Sequence record: SRR20825019_1943
Length of the DNA stretch: 59,094 nt
Direction: 5' to 3' (one strand)
The notes beneath the pieces are model-generated. The model was given only the letters and a program-made list of their open reading frames with translations. It did no database searches and was not told where the DNA came from. Below are positions 29,439 to 39,647 of this stretch, one piece after another; within the stretch, counting starts at the first letter, position 1; every line of letters starts with the position of its first letter. The translations under genes were made by a program, and so were the position numbers.

Positions 29439-30277
29439 AAAATTTCCCTCAGCCACGAAACAACACCCGGATATTCGATCGTATCCAACACAAACTCCTG
29501 CCCCCGCGAGGCACTTTTCAGAGTGCAATAATCCCCGTCCCGGGACCAGCGGGCGAGGTTACCGTGAAAACTCATCGCGGTGTCCGCCGAATCCGGATAG
29601 AAACACCCGGGTAATCGCCATTGCGTGGTCGAAGCGGCATCCGGTGCCGTCAGGCGTTGACGCTCATCCAGGCCTCCAAACACCCCGGCACCCGGCAGGC
29701 CGGTTGATCGCCCCTCAAGCTGCAGGGCATCGGAGGCCACATAGAGCGTATTGCCGCCATCTGGCTGACCATGGAAGTGCGGATGGTAGCGGGCCCACCG
29801 AAGGTCACGATCCGACAACTCATCAATGCGGTAAACATCGCCAATCTGGAGCCAGCCCCACAGCCCGTGAAACGGGCGGGCCTGTTTTACAAACTGCCAG
29901 CGCCTGCCCTGCTTTTCCACGTTCCGAAACAGACCGAAAAACAGGAACAGATCCCCCACCCCCACCTGCTGTTTACGGAGGTGCCCCTGTGCAGAGCCGG
30001 TTTGCCCCAGGCAGGGCCGCCAGCCGGTTTCCCGGGGATAGGCGTCAGCGATCAGGTCCGGGTCGAGGTGAGCCCTTCGGGCGCCACCACGCCGGTTGCC
30101 GGTCAGGTCCGCCACCAGCTTGCCAACATTCAGACCATGGTGATGGATATCACGGTAGGTGATCCGGGAACGCGAGTCGGGGATCGGCAGGGTATAGAAA
30201 GACCTGTCAGGGAACACCGGGCTGGGACAGCCGCCTGCGGAGGAATCAAAGCCTTTACGGCTGAGGATTAGTTTCAT
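29435..30277 (-). CDS. Nmad3-like (nucleotide-modification-associated domain 3) protein
   Basis: MKLILSRKGFDSSAGG.PSP, LPIP, AHLDPDL, GQTGSAQGHL...VGVGDLFLFFGLF, HPH, RGQEFV: pattern recognised as Nmad3. Confidence 0.75.
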   Translation of the reverse strand: MKLILSRKGFDSSAGGCPSPVFPDRSFYTLPIPDSRSRITYRDIHHHGLNVGKLVADLTGNRRGGARRAHLDPDLIADAYPRETGWRPCLGQTGSAQGHLRKQQVGVGDLFLFFGLFRNVEKQGRRWQFVKQARPFHGLWGWLQIGDVYRIDELSDRDLRWARYHPHFHGQPDGGNTLYVASDALQLEGRSTGLPGAGVFGGLDERQRLTAPDAASTTQWRLPGCFYPDSADTAMSFHGNLARWSRDGDYCTLKSASRGQEFVLDTIEYPGVVSWLREIL

Positions 30278-30389
30278 AAACGCATTTTGGAGCAAGGAAC
30301 GAAGCGCAACCATATCACGCCATTGAAAAGCAGTTTAAACTGACGACAACAACAGACTGGCCCACCCGCTGATTCAATGCCGATCGCCC

Positions 30390-31463
30390 ATGACTGATTT
30401 TGAAACCCTGAACACGCTGAAGGCAGGCCTTGAAGCCTGGTGGCGCCCGGGCGTTACCGTCCTGCTCTCAATGGCTATCACCTTTCTTGTGTACAAGGGT
30501 GTGCTGGCAACGGTTCAACGCTTAACCCGCAGCAAGACAGTTCCCCGCCTGTTTCTGGATGCGTCCTCAACCGCTCTGGGTGTTGCCATTACCCTGGTGG
30601 TACTCAACGCTATCCTGGAAGCGGCGTCCCAGGACCTGCCACTGATCAATCACTTCCGTCACGCCGCCACGCTGCTGCTGATTGTGGCGGTCACCTGGGC
30701 GCTGGTGCGCTGCACATCGGCCATCGGCGACGTCATCGTCTCCCTGAATCCCGTCCTGGAAGGCCAGTGGAAACGCGCCCGCAAGGTGGAAACGCAAACG
30801 CGCTTCCTGGTGAGGGTGCTGAACATTCTCATCGTCATCGTAGGCCTGGGCGCCGCACTGGTCACGTTCGAGCCGGTTCGTCATCTTGGCAGCAGCCTGC
30901 TGGCCTCGGCGGGCATTGGCGGCATTATTCTCGGCTTCGCCGCCAAACCGGTGTTGGGCAACCTGTTGGCGGGCATGCAGATTGCCCTCACCCAACCGTT
31001 CCGCATTGATGACGTACTGCATGTACAGGGCGAATGGTGCTGGGTGGAGGAAGTCACCGCCACCTACGTGGTGCTGAGGGTCTGGGATTTGCGGCGGCTG
31101 GTAGTGCCGCTGCAATGGTTTATCGAAAACCCGTTCCAGAACTGGTCGAGAAACGACACTGAAATGATGGGAACGGTGTTCATCACCGTCGATTATTCCA
31201 TGCCCATCGAACCACTACGAACCGAGTTTGAGAGGCTTCTGGAACAGGCGCCGGACTGGGACGGGAAGACCAAGATCGTGCAGGTGACCGAAGCCGGCGA
31301 GGCCAATATCGAGGTGCGCTTCCTGCTCAGTGCCAGGGACTCAAGCTCACTCTGGAATCTCCGCTGCGCCATCCGCGAGGGGTTGATCACCTTTATACAG
31401 GCGCAGTTTCCGGCGCATCTACCAAGGGTTCGTGCCAGGCTGGTGGAAACGCCCGACCAGTAA
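30390..31463 (+). CDS. Small-conductance mechanosensitive channel, MscS family
   Basis: LLASAGIGGIILGFAA, NLLAGMQIALTQPFRIDD, WDLRRLVVPL, PFQNW. Confidence 0.92.
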   Translation: MTDFETLNTLKAGLEAWWRPGVTVLLSMAITFLVYKGVLATVQRLTRSKTVPRLFLDASSTALGVAITLVVLNAILEAASQDLPLINHFRHAATLLLIVAVTWALVRCTSAIGDVIVSLNPVLEGQWKRARKVETQTRFLVRVLNILIVIVGLGAALVTFEPVRHLGSSLLASAGIGGIILGFAAKPVLGNLLAGMQIALTQPFRIDDVLHVQGEWCWVEEVTATYVVLRVWDLRRLVVPLQWFIENPFQNWSRNDTEMMGTVFITVDYSMPIEPLRTEFERLLEQAPDWDGKTKIVQVTEAGEANIEVRFLLSARDSSSLWNLRCAIREGLITFIQAQFPAHLPRVRARLVETPDQ

Positions 31464-31466
31464 CCC

Positions 31467-32354
31467 TCACCCCTGCTCTGCCCCGCGCAGCATGGCGTGC
31501 AGCAGCTCTTCGGCATCGAATTTGGTCAATGCCTCGTCTGCCCCCACCTGTTTGGCGTAACTCACGCTCATTTCACTGTTCAGGGAGGTATGCAGAATGA
31601 TGTACGGCTGCTTCAGGGCGTTGCCGCTGTCCCTCACATTGAAGGTCAACTCGTAGCCGTCCAGGCCGGGCATTTCGATGTCGCTCACCAGGATGTTGAT
31701 GGGTTTTCCATCGCGGTTGGCGTTCAGCATCAGGTCCAGTGCATCCTGCCCGTTGGTGGTGACAAAATAGCTCACATCCTTGCTGTCCAGGGCGTCCGAG
31801 AGCTGTTTGCGAGCCACCTGGGAGTCGTCCACCAGCAGGATATTCAGGCCTTTCAGAGTTTCCCGTTGAACGTCTGTCAGCGTGACTTCCCGGGGGTTTA
31901 CGGACTCCGGGTACACCCGTGCCAGCAACAGCTCCACGTCCAGCAACTGCACGATCTGATCATCGATATTCACCAGGCCGGTAATGAAGGCACGGTCGCC
32001 AAGACTCTTCGGCGGGGGCATCACCTTCTTCCACTCGGTTTCCACGATTTTGCGCACACTGCGCACAAGGAACCCGATTTCCTGGCGCTGAACATCGGTC
32101 ACGATGATCGAAGCGGTCTTGCGTTCTTCCGCCGTCAACGGCTGGTAACCCACGGCAGCAGCCATGTCGATCACCGGCACGGCGGAGCCACGAAAACTCA
32201 TGGTGCCGATCACCGCCGAATGGCTGTGTGGTAGCTTGGTCAGCGGAACAAAGGGCATGATTTCCCGAATTTTCAGGGTGCCCAGGCCGAATGGCCTCTG
32301 ATTGGTCAGATAAAACAACAGCAGTTTCTGGGGGTGTTTGGTACCCTCGGCCAT
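31467..32354 (-). CDS. cheV: Chemotaxis protein CheV (CheW + receiver)
   Basis: CheW domain (LKIREI, FRGSAVPVID) plus REC domain (LVDDSQVARKQ, VSDIEMPGLDG). Confidence 0.92.
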   Translation of the reverse strand: MAEGTKHPQKLLLFYLTNQRPFGLGTLKIREIMPFVPLTKLPHSHSAVIGTMSFRGSAVPVIDMAAAVGYQPLTAEERKTASIIVTDVQRQEIGFLVRSVRKIVETEWKKVMPPPKSLGDRAFITGLVNIDDQIVQLLDVELLLARVYPESVNPREVTLTDVQRETLKGLNILLVDDSQVARKQLSDALDSKDVSYFVTTNGQDALDLMLNANRDGKPINILVSDIEMPGLDGYELTFNVRDSGNALKQPYIILHTSLNSEMSVSYAKQVGADEALTKFDAEELLHAMLRGAEQG

Positions 32355-32527
32355 AACCTCAAACCTGTCAGGAGCTTTGGAAAAAGTATAACAGGCGAAA
32401 GATAACATGCCGCCCAAACCGACATTGTAAGATTTTGCAGCCCTTCGGAGGTCGCATCGGCTGCCAGTGAATCCAGCGCTTCCTCTCCCGCGTATCACCT
32501 ATACTGTTGTCATCGGGAGGCTATTCG

Positions 32528-32947
32528 ATGAAACGCGCCTTTGCACTAATATCGGTATTCCTGTTCTTCGCCGTCTTGGCCGTGGGTGGTCATGCCGACG
32601 ACGACAATATCGATGACGCCATCCAGAACACGATCCTGTCGCAGATTGAAGCCTTCGCCAATGACGACAGGCAAGCTGCCTGGGACCATGCCTCGGAAGG
32701 CATCAAGCAGCAATCCGGCTCGATAGAGTCGTTCTACGATATGGTGAAGCTATCCTATGCGCCCGTCCACCGGGCCTCGTCCATTGAGTTCATGGAGCGC
32801 ATACCCCACCCCGGTTTCCAGATTCAGGTGGTACGGTTGTTGGGGCCGGAGGGCAAACGCTGGATCGCCCACTACCATATGGTCAAGAATGGTGATGACT
32901 GGAAAATCGGCGGCGTCGGACTCAAAGAGGGTCCAAGCTCTATATAA
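32528..32947 (+). CDS. DUF4864-like exported protein
   Basis: Signal peptide; IQNTILSQIEAFANDD..AWDHAS.GI, MVKLSYAPV, WKIGGV; RBS ggagg. Confidence 0.75.
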   Translation: MKRAFALISVFLFFAVLAVGGHADDDNIDDAIQNTILSQIEAFANDDRQAAWDHASEGIKQQSGSIESFYDMVKLSYAPVHRASSIEFMERIPHPGFQIQVVRLLGPEGKRWIAHYHMVKNGDDWKIGGVGLKEGPSSI

Positions 32948-33050
32948 TCGCTGACCGGCCAATGGTTTCTGACGCCTATGTCTTTCAGCTCTGTCCGTCC
33001 GTAAGATACAGTCCATGAACCTGATTGCCGGCAGAGCCTGAACACCACCT

Positions 33051-34055
33051 ATGAAGAACCTGACCTTCTCCTCTCATTACGCCAGGGCCGTTCTTTATGG
33101 CCTGGAGAAGGCCGGTGGCTATTCCGACGAACTGCTTCGCAATAATGGCATCGACCCAGAGTTCATCCACTCGCCACGGGCACGGGTGCCCATGGAACAG
33201 TTTATCCGCCTGTTCCGGCTGGTGTGGGGCAAACTGGATGACGAGTTCATGGGCCGTACCACACAGCCCTGCCGCGTGGGGCACTTTCACCTGATGGGAT
33301 CGCTGGTGGTGCACAGCAGCAACCTGGAAGAGGTGATCCGCCAGAGCATTCGCTGCTACCGGCTGTTCTCCGATGACATGGTGATTGAGCTGGACACCCG
33401 CGGCGATGAAGTGGAGCTGAGCATCACCCACCGCCATCCGGAACTGGACCCGGACAACTTCCTGGTGGAATGGCTACTGATGGTGTGGCACCGATTAATC
33501 GGCTGGCTGATCGGACGCAAGATCGTACTCAGCCACGCCACCTTCCAGCATGATTTGCCCGGACACTTTGACGAGTACCGGTTTGTTTTCCCCTGCCAGT
33601 GTTTCTTTAACCGCGACCGCAACAGCCTGTTTTTCAGCCACAATTGTCTGGACATGCCGGTGACGCGAACGCCGGAGGAACTGGATGGTTTTATTGAGAA
33701 GTCGCCGCGCAACCTGCTGATCTGGACCGATGAGGACGACAGCCTGACAACCCAGGTTCGGCAGATTCTGGAAAACGTGGACGATGATCGCCTGCCCACG
33801 CTGGAACAGATCGCCGGGCAGTTGCATATGACCGCCTACACCCTGTCGCGCAAACTGAAGGCGGAGGGCAGTTCCTACCAGAAGATCAAGGACAACCTGC
33901 GGCGGGACCAGGCCGTGATTATGCTCACGCGGCAGAACCTGACGGTGTCGGAGATCTCATCACAGCTGGGATTTACCGAGCCCGGCGCTTTTTCCCGTGC
34001 CTTCAAGCACTGGACCGGGCTCAGCCCACTGGCCTACCGCAAGCAGGACCAGTAG
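33051..34055 (+). CDS. AraC family transcriptional regulator (OruR/ArgR-like N-terminal domain)
   Basis: ARVPMEQF, C-terminal LSRKLKAEGSSYQ..RRDQA, LGFTEPGAFSRAFKHWTG. Confidence 0.93.
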   Translation: MKNLTFSSHYARAVLYGLEKAGGYSDELLRNNGIDPEFIHSPRARVPMEQFIRLFRLVWGKLDDEFMGRTTQPCRVGHFHLMGSLVVHSSNLEEVIRQSIRCYRLFSDDMVIELDTRGDEVELSITHRHPELDPDNFLVEWLLMVWHRLIGWLIGRKIVLSHATFQHDLPGHFDEYRFVFPCQCFFNRDRNSLFFSHNCLDMPVTRTPEELDGFIEKSPRNLLIWTDEDDSLTTQVRQILENVDDDRLPTLEQIAGQLHMTAYTLSRKLKAEGSSYQKIKDNLRRDQAVIMLTRQNLTVSEISSQLGFTEPGAFSRAFKHWTGLSPLAYRKQDQ

Positions 34056-34070
34056 TTCTTCTTTCTCCGC

Positions 34071-35252
34071 TTACAGCAGTTCGATCGCGACAGCGGTACC
34101 TTCCCCGCCCCCGATACACAGGGACGCCACACCGCGCTTGAGACCACGCTGCTTCAGGGCGTTGATCAGGGTGACCATGATCCGCGACCCTGAGGAGCCG
34201 ATGGGGTGACCCAGGGCGCAGGCGCCGCCATGGACGTTGACCTTGTCGGCATCGAGCCCAAGCTCATTGATGGCGGCCAGGGTAACCACGGCAAACGCTT
34301 CGTTGATTTCGAACAGGTCGACGTCGTCGCGGTTCCAGCCGGCTTTCTTCAGTACCTTTTCGATGGCACCGATGGGCGCAAGGGTGAACTCGGCCGGCAG
34401 GCGGGCATGTGTCGCGTGGGCGACGATGCGGGCCTGGGGAGTGAGGCCGCGCTTTTCGGCTTCTTCGCGGGTGGCCAGTACCATCGCGGAGGCGCCGTCG
34501 CTGATGGAGCTGGCGTTGGCGGCGGTGACAGAGCCGTCTTTGGCAAAGGCCGGTTTGAGGTGGGGAATTTTCTCGGGTTTGGCTTTGCCGGGCTGTTCGT
34601 CGGTATCCACCACGGTGTCGCCGCCACGGCCGGAGACGGTCACGGGGGTGATTTCGTCGGAGAATCCGCCGTTCTTGATGGCCGACAGGGAGCGCTCGAG
34701 GGAGGCGATGGCGAAGTTGTCCATGGCCTCGCGGCTGATGTCGTATTTGTCGGCGGTGCGCTGGGCGAAAACGCCCATGAGGCCGCCTTCGTAGGCGTCT
34801 TCAAGGCCGTCGAGGAACATGGAATCCATGACCTGCCCGTGGCCCATGCGCATGCCGGCTCGGGCTTTTGGCAGCAGGTAAGGTGCCTGGCTCATATTTT
34901 CCATGCCGCCGGCGATCATGATGCTGTTGGTGCCGGCTTTGATCTGGTCGTGGGCCATGATGACGGCTTGCATGCCGGAGCCGCACATTTTGTTGACGGT
35001 GGTGCAGCCGCTGGAGTCGGGGATGCCGGAGGCGCGGGAGGCCTGGCGTGCGGGTGCCTGGCCGAGGCCACCGGGCAGTACGCAGCCCATGATGACTTCC
35101 TGGATGTCGGCGGGTTGCAGGCCGCTTCTTTCGATGGCGGCCTTGATGGAGATGGCGCCGAGATCCGGGGAACGCACGGAGCTGAGATCGCCCATCATGC
35201 CGCCCATGGGAGTTCTTGCTGATCCTGCGATGACTACATCGTTGCTATTCAT
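34071..35252 (-). CDS. Acetyl-CoA C-acyltransferase (thiolase)
   Basis: NKMCGSG, NEAF, GHPIGSSG, CIGGGEG. Confidence 0.96.
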   Translation of the reverse strand: MNSNDVVIAGSARTPMGGMMGDLSSVRSPDLGAISIKAAIERSGLQPADIQEVIMGCVLPGGLGQAPARQASRASGIPDSSGCTTVNKMCGSGMQAVIMAHDQIKAGTNSIMIAGGMENMSQAPYLLPKARAGMRMGHGQVMDSMFLDGLEDAYEGGLMGVFAQRTADKYDISREAMDNFAIASLERSLSAIKNGGFSDEITPVTVSGRGGDTVVDTDEQPGKAKPEKIPHLKPAFAKDGSVTAANASSISDGASAMVLATREEAEKRGLTPQARIVAHATHARLPAEFTLAPIGAIEKVLKKAGWNRDDVDLFEINEAFAVVTLAAINELGLDADKVNVHGGACALGHPIGSSGSRIMVTLINALKQRGLKRGVASLCIGGGEGTAVAIELL

Positions 35253-35268
35253 GTCTTCAATCCTCTGA

Positions 35269-36420
35269 TTAAGCCTTACCTAAAACCGACCGTGCGATGA
35301 TTTCTTTCATCACTTCCGAAGTGCCGCCGTAAATTCTCTGCACTCTGGCGTCGATAAACGCTCTCGAAATCGGGTACTCGCTGGTGTAACCGTAACCGCC
35401 GAACAACTGCAAACAACCGTCGGCCACCCGGCACTGCATTTCCGTGGCGCTGTACTTGGCCATGGAAGCTGTGGGCGCGTCGAGTTCGCCTTTTTCGTAC
35501 AACGCAATGCACTCGTCGACGAAGGCGCGGTTAACGCGGCAGTCGGTTTCCATGCGGGCGATTTCGAAGCGGGTGTTTTGCAGTTGGGCCAGCTTTTGGC
35601 CGAACAGTTCCCGTTCCTGGGCGTAGTTGATGGTCAGGTCCAGGGCGCCGCGTGCTGCGGCAACACCGAGGGCGCCGATGACGAGGCGCTCGCGGGGAAG
35701 TTCGCGCATCAGGTACATGAAGCCCTGGCCTTCTTCGCCCAGCAGCGCGGAGGCGGGGATGCGCATGTCGGAGAAGAAGAGTTCCGAGGTGTCGCCGGAG
35801 TGCTGGCCGATTTTGTCGAGGTTGCGGCCTTTGCTGTAACCGGGCAACGAGGTGTCGACCAGGAACAGGCTGATGCCACGTGCGCCGGCCTTGGGGTCGG
35901 TTTTGGCGGCAACGATGACCATGTCGGCGTGTTGGCCGTTGGTGATGAAGGTTTTGGAGCCGTTGAGGATGTAGTCGTCCCCGTCTTTCACCGCGCTGGT
36001 GCGGATGGCCTGGAGATCGCTGCCGGCGCCGGGTTCGGTCATGGCGATGGCGCCCACCGCTTCGCCGGAGACCATTTTCGGCAACCAGTACTGGCGCTGT
36101 TCTTCGTTGCCGATATGGCTGAGGTACGGGGCGACGATGTCGGAGTGCACCATGACGTTGGTGGACAGGGCGCCGAAGCCCATGCGGGCCATTTCTTCGC
36201 CCACGACGACGGAGTACAGGAAGGGCGCACCGCAGCCGCCCCAATCTTCAGGTACGTCCACGCACAGCATGCCGGCGTTGCCCAGGGTGTTCCAGAGTTC
36301 CCGGGGCACGATGCCGGAGTGTTCCCATTCTTCGTAGTGGGGGGTTACTTCGGTTTCCAGGGCCTTGATGACGGACTCCCGGAACATGTCGAGTTCTTCT
36401 TTATCAACAGCGCTGGTCAT
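35269..36420 (-). CDS. Acyl-CoA dehydrogenase (long-chain type)
   Basis: IAMTEPGAGSDL, NGSKTFITNG, ELPRERL, QLFGGYGY, RIYGGTSEVMK. Confidence 0.95.
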   Translation of the reverse strand: MTSAVDKEELDMFRESVIKALETEVTPHYEEWEHSGIVPRELWNTLGNAGMLCVDVPEDWGGCGAPFLYSVVVGEEMARMGFGALSTNVMVHSDIVAPYLSHIGNEEQRQYWLPKMVSGEAVGAIAMTEPGAGSDLQAIRTSAVKDGDDYILNGSKTFITNGQHADMVIVAAKTDPKAGARGISLFLVDTSLPGYSKGRNLDKIGQHSGDTSELFFSDMRIPASALLGEEGQGFMYLMRELPRERLVIGALGVAAARGALDLTINYAQERELFGQKLAQLQNTRFEIARMETDCRVNRAFVDECIALYEKGELDAPTASMAKYSATEMQCRVADGCLQLFGGYGYTSEYPISRAFIDARVQRIYGGTSEVMKEIIARSVLGKA

Positions 36421-36522
36421 GGGTGTCTCCCGTCGGTGATTAGTGTGGCCTTGATTGGATAACGGTCAGTCTGTCGCAGTCACGGTCTGAGCGCCATGAC
36501 ATAACCGGGCAGGAAATTTGAT

Positions 36523-36565
36523 AAAAAATAGCACCCCGGGGCTGCATCGCTGGCAGCTCCGGGGT
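36523..36565 (-). terminator. Rho-independent terminator after acyl-CoA synthetase
   Basis: accccggggctgc/gcagctccggggt stem-loop followed on the minus strand by a T tract (aaaaaa at 36523-36528). Confidence 0.7.
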
Positions 36566-36578
36566 TTATAACGCGCGG

Positions 36579-38207
36579 TCAGAGGTTTTTGGCGTCGTCC
36601 CGCAGCACGAACTTCTGGATCTTGCCGGTGGAGGTTTTCGGCAGTTCGCTGAACACAATGGTCTTGGGCACTTTGAACTTCGCCAGTCGCTCCCGGCAGA
36701 AGGCGATGATGTCGTCTTCGCTGACGTCCCCTGCTTCGGGCTTGAGGGTGACGAAGGCGCAGGGTGTTTCGCCCCACTTTTCGTCCGGCCTTGCCACCAC
36801 GGCGGCCTCGAGGATGTCGGGATGGCGGTAGAGTATGTCCTCCACCTCAATGGTGGAGATGTTCTCGCCGCCGGAAATGATGATGTCTTTCAGGCGGTCC
36901 TTGATCTCCGCGTAGCCATCCTCATGCCAGACGGCCAGGTCCCCGGTGTGGAACCAGCCGCCGCGGAATGCCTCTTCGGTGGCTTTGGGGTTTTTCAGGT
37001 AACCCTTCATTACTGTGTTGCCGCGCAGGAAAATCTCGCCAATGGTGGTGCCGTCTTTCGGCACTGCTTCCATGGTTTCCGGGTCACCCACCATCATGCC
37101 GGCCAGGGTATGGTAGCGAACGCCCTGCCGTGCCTTGATTCTGGCCCGGTCTTCCACCGGCAGGTCATCCCATTCGGATTTCCAGGCGCATACCGTGACC
37201 GGTCCGTACACCTCGGTAAGCCCGTAAACGTGGGTCACGCGAAAGCCCATGTTTTCGATGGCTTCGATGACTTTTGCCGGGGGTGCCGCACCTGCGGTCA
37301 TTGCCTGAACCGTATGGCTGAAGCTGGATTTTGCGGCGTCCGAAGCGCCCAGCAAGGTGTTCAATACAATAGGCGCACCGCACATGTGGCTGACTTTGTG
37401 TTCGCTGATCAGCTGCAGGATTTTCTCCGGCTCTACCTTACGCAGGCACACATGGGTACCCGCAAAGGCGGTGATGGTCCAGGGGAAACACCAGCCATTG
37501 CAGTGGAACATCGGCAGTGTCCACAGGTACACCGGATGCATACCCATGGACCACACCGCCTGGTTGCCCATGGCGTTCTCATAGGCACCGCGATGGTGAT
37601 ACACCACGCCTTTCGGGTTACCAGTGGTGCCGGAGGTATAGCACAGCGAAATCGCATCCCACTCATCCGCCGGCATTTGCCAGTCAAAGGCCGGGTCGCC
37701 GCTGGCCACGAAAGCGTCGTAATCCAGATCGCTCACCTGGGTTCCGGCACCACTGAATTCGGGGTCGTTGACGTCAATCACCTGTGGCGGGTTGTCGAGC
37801 ATGCCGACGGCTTCGTTGATGACGTCGCCAAACTCCCGATCGGCAATCAGCACTTTCGCCTCGCCGTGCTCCAGCATGAAGGCGATGGCTTTGGCATCCA
37901 GGCGGGTGTTCAGGGCATTGAGTACTGCCCCCAACATGGGGATGCCAAAATGACACTCCAGCATGGGCGGAATGTTTGGCAGCATGGCCGCCACGGTGTC
38001 GCCCTTGCCGACACCTTTGTCAGCCAGCGCGGACGCCAGGCGGCGACAACGCTCGTAGGTCTGCTGCCAGTTGCGGCGTGTGGCACCATGAATCACCGCC
38101 GGGTATTCCGGGTACACGCTGGCCGTGCGGGCCAGGAAATCCAGCGGTGTCAGTGTGGCGTTATTGGCGTCGGTTGGCTCTAATCCCTTGTCGAAGATGG
38201 AGTTCAT
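36579..38207 (-). CDS. Medium-chain acyl-CoA synthetase (AlkK/DmdB-like)
   Basis: LTPLDFLAR, YTSGTTGNPKGV, WTLPMFHCNGW, YGLTE, WFHTGD, GGENISTIEVE, PKTSTGKIQK. Confidence 0.93.
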   Translation of the reverse strand: MNSIFDKGLEPTDANNATLTPLDFLARTASVYPEYPAVIHGATRRNWQQTYERCRRLASALADKGVGKGDTVAAMLPNIPPMLECHFGIPMLGAVLNALNTRLDAKAIAFMLEHGEAKVLIADREFGDVINEAVGMLDNPPQVIDVNDPEFSGAGTQVSDLDYDAFVASGDPAFDWQMPADEWDAISLCYTSGTTGNPKGVVYHHRGAYENAMGNQAVWSMGMHPVYLWTLPMFHCNGWCFPWTITAFAGTHVCLRKVEPEKILQLISEHKVSHMCGAPIVLNTLLGASDAAKSSFSHTVQAMTAGAAPPAKVIEAIENMGFRVTHVYGLTEVYGPVTVCAWKSEWDDLPVEDRARIKARQGVRYHTLAGMMVGDPETMEAVPKDGTTIGEIFLRGNTVMKGYLKNPKATEEAFRGGWFHTGDLAVWHEDGYAEIKDRLKDIIISGGENISTIEVEDILYRHPDILEAAVVARPDEKWGETPCAFVTLKPEAGDVSEDDIIAFCRERLAKFKVPKTIVFSELPKTSTGKIQKFVLRDDAKNL

Positions 38208-38261
38208 ACTGGTCTCCTGGTGTTGTTATCCAACACCTGACTATAGGGCACAGCCGACGTT

Positions 38262-39647
38262 TCAGCGAGCCCCCGCAGCCGTTCGACGGGTATCCGGCTG
38301 ATCCAGCCGCGCCATTTCCGCCAGCAGCTCCGAGGTCTTTTCCTTCATCAGGGCAATGTCCCCTCGTGACTCCACATTCAGCCGCACCAGCGGCTCCGTG
38401 TTCGACATCCGGAGATTGAACCGCCAGCGTTCAAACTCAACACTCAGGCCATCAACGTGTCCCACAGATACCGCATCGGCACCATAGATCTCCTCGATCA
38501 CCGCAAGCAACCGGGCCGGATCATCCACCGTGCGGTTAATCTCCCCACTGGCGGGGAAAGCGTCAATGCGGGCGTCGATCAGCGACGATAACGGCTGCCC
38601 AGTCTGGCACAGGCGTTCGGCAACCAGCAGCCATGGAATCATGCCGCTGTCGCAGTAGGCGAAGTCCCGGAAGTAGTGGTGGGCACTCATTTCACCCCCA
38701 TACAGGGCATCTTCCTCGCGCATGCGCTGTTTGATGAACGCGTGTCCGGTTTTGCTTTCGATAGGTGTTCCGCCAGCCTTTCGAACCAACTCCTGGGTGT
38801 TCCAGGTCAGCCGTGGGTCGTGAATGATCTTGCCGCCGTCTACCTTCTGCAGGAACTGGTCCGCCAACAGGCCCACGATGTAATAGCCTTCGATAAACCG
38901 GCCATTTTCGTCAAAGAAAAAACAGCGGTCGTAGTCGCCGTCCCAGGCGATCCCCATGTCGGCCCCTTCGCGCAGAACCGCCTCAGCCGTTACCGCCCGG
39001 TTTTCCTCCAGCAGGGGATTGGGAACCCCGTTCGGGAAGTGCCCGTCGGGTTCGTGATGCAGTTGTACGAAATCAAAGGGCAGCCATCGTGACAACGCGT
39101 CGATGACCGGGCCCGCACCGCCATTGCCCGCGTTAACCACCACCTTCAGAGGGCCAATCGTGGTGCCGTCGATGTATCCCAGCAAGTGATGGATATAGTC
39201 GGCCTCCACTGACAGGCTTTCCAGGCGCCCGGGAATGGCAGCATCCATAAACGGCTGAGAGACTCTGTCACGGATGGTGTTCAGGCCGTTATCCGAGCTG
39301 ATGGGGCGCGATTCGCGGCCGACCAGCTTCATACCGTTGTGATCCTTGGGGTTATGGCTGGCCGTCACCATAATGCCGCCATCCATACTGTAATGACTGG
39401 TGGCAAAGTAGATCTGCTCGGTACCGCAAAGACCGATGTCATAGACATCTGCCCCCGCCGCCCTGAGCCCGGTGGTCAACGCTTCTGCAATCTCCGGGCT
39501 CGATAACCGGATGTCATACCCCACCACAACCCGGCGGGCACTTGTCAGCTCCACGTAAGCACGCCCGATTCGCTCTGCCAGTTCAGGATTCAACTGGTCG
39601 GGAACCCGGCCGCGCAGGTCATAAGCCTTAAAACAGGACACGTCCAT
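38262..39647 (-). CDS. manB: Phosphomannomutase (ManB/CpsG type)
   Basis: FKAYDLRG, TASHNP (phosphoserine), DGDYDR, GGEMSAHHYF, RMSNTEP; RBS ggag. Confidence 0.93.
   Translation of the reverse strand: MDVSCFKAYDLRGRVPDQLNPELAERIGRAYVELTSARRVVVGYDIRLSSPEIAEALTTGLRAAGADVYDIGLCGTEQIYFATSHYSMDGGIMVTASHNPKDHNGMKLVGRESRPISSDNGLNTIRDRVSQPFMDAAIPGRLESLSVEADYIHHLLGYIDGTTIGPLKVVVNAGNGGAGPVIDALSRWLPFDFVQLHHEPDGHFPNGVPNPLLEENRAVTAEAVLREGADMGIAWDGDYDRCFFFDENGRFIEGYYIVGLLADQFLQKVDGGKIIHDPRLTWNTQELVRKAGGTPIESKTGHAFIKQRMREEDALYGGEMSAHHYFRDFAYCDSGMIPWLLVAERLCQTGQPLSSLIDARIDAFPASGEINRTVDDPARLLAVIEEIYGADAVSVGHVDGLSVEFERWRFNLRMSNTEPLVRLNVESRGDIALMKEKTSELLAEMARLDQPDTRRTAAGAR

Noticed and set aside
36822-38183. 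453-aa plus-strand ORF (also 12881-14083, 23707-24819, 34206-35222, 35578-36462)
   Set aside because: Each lies entirely antisense to a well-supported gene and has no family motifs
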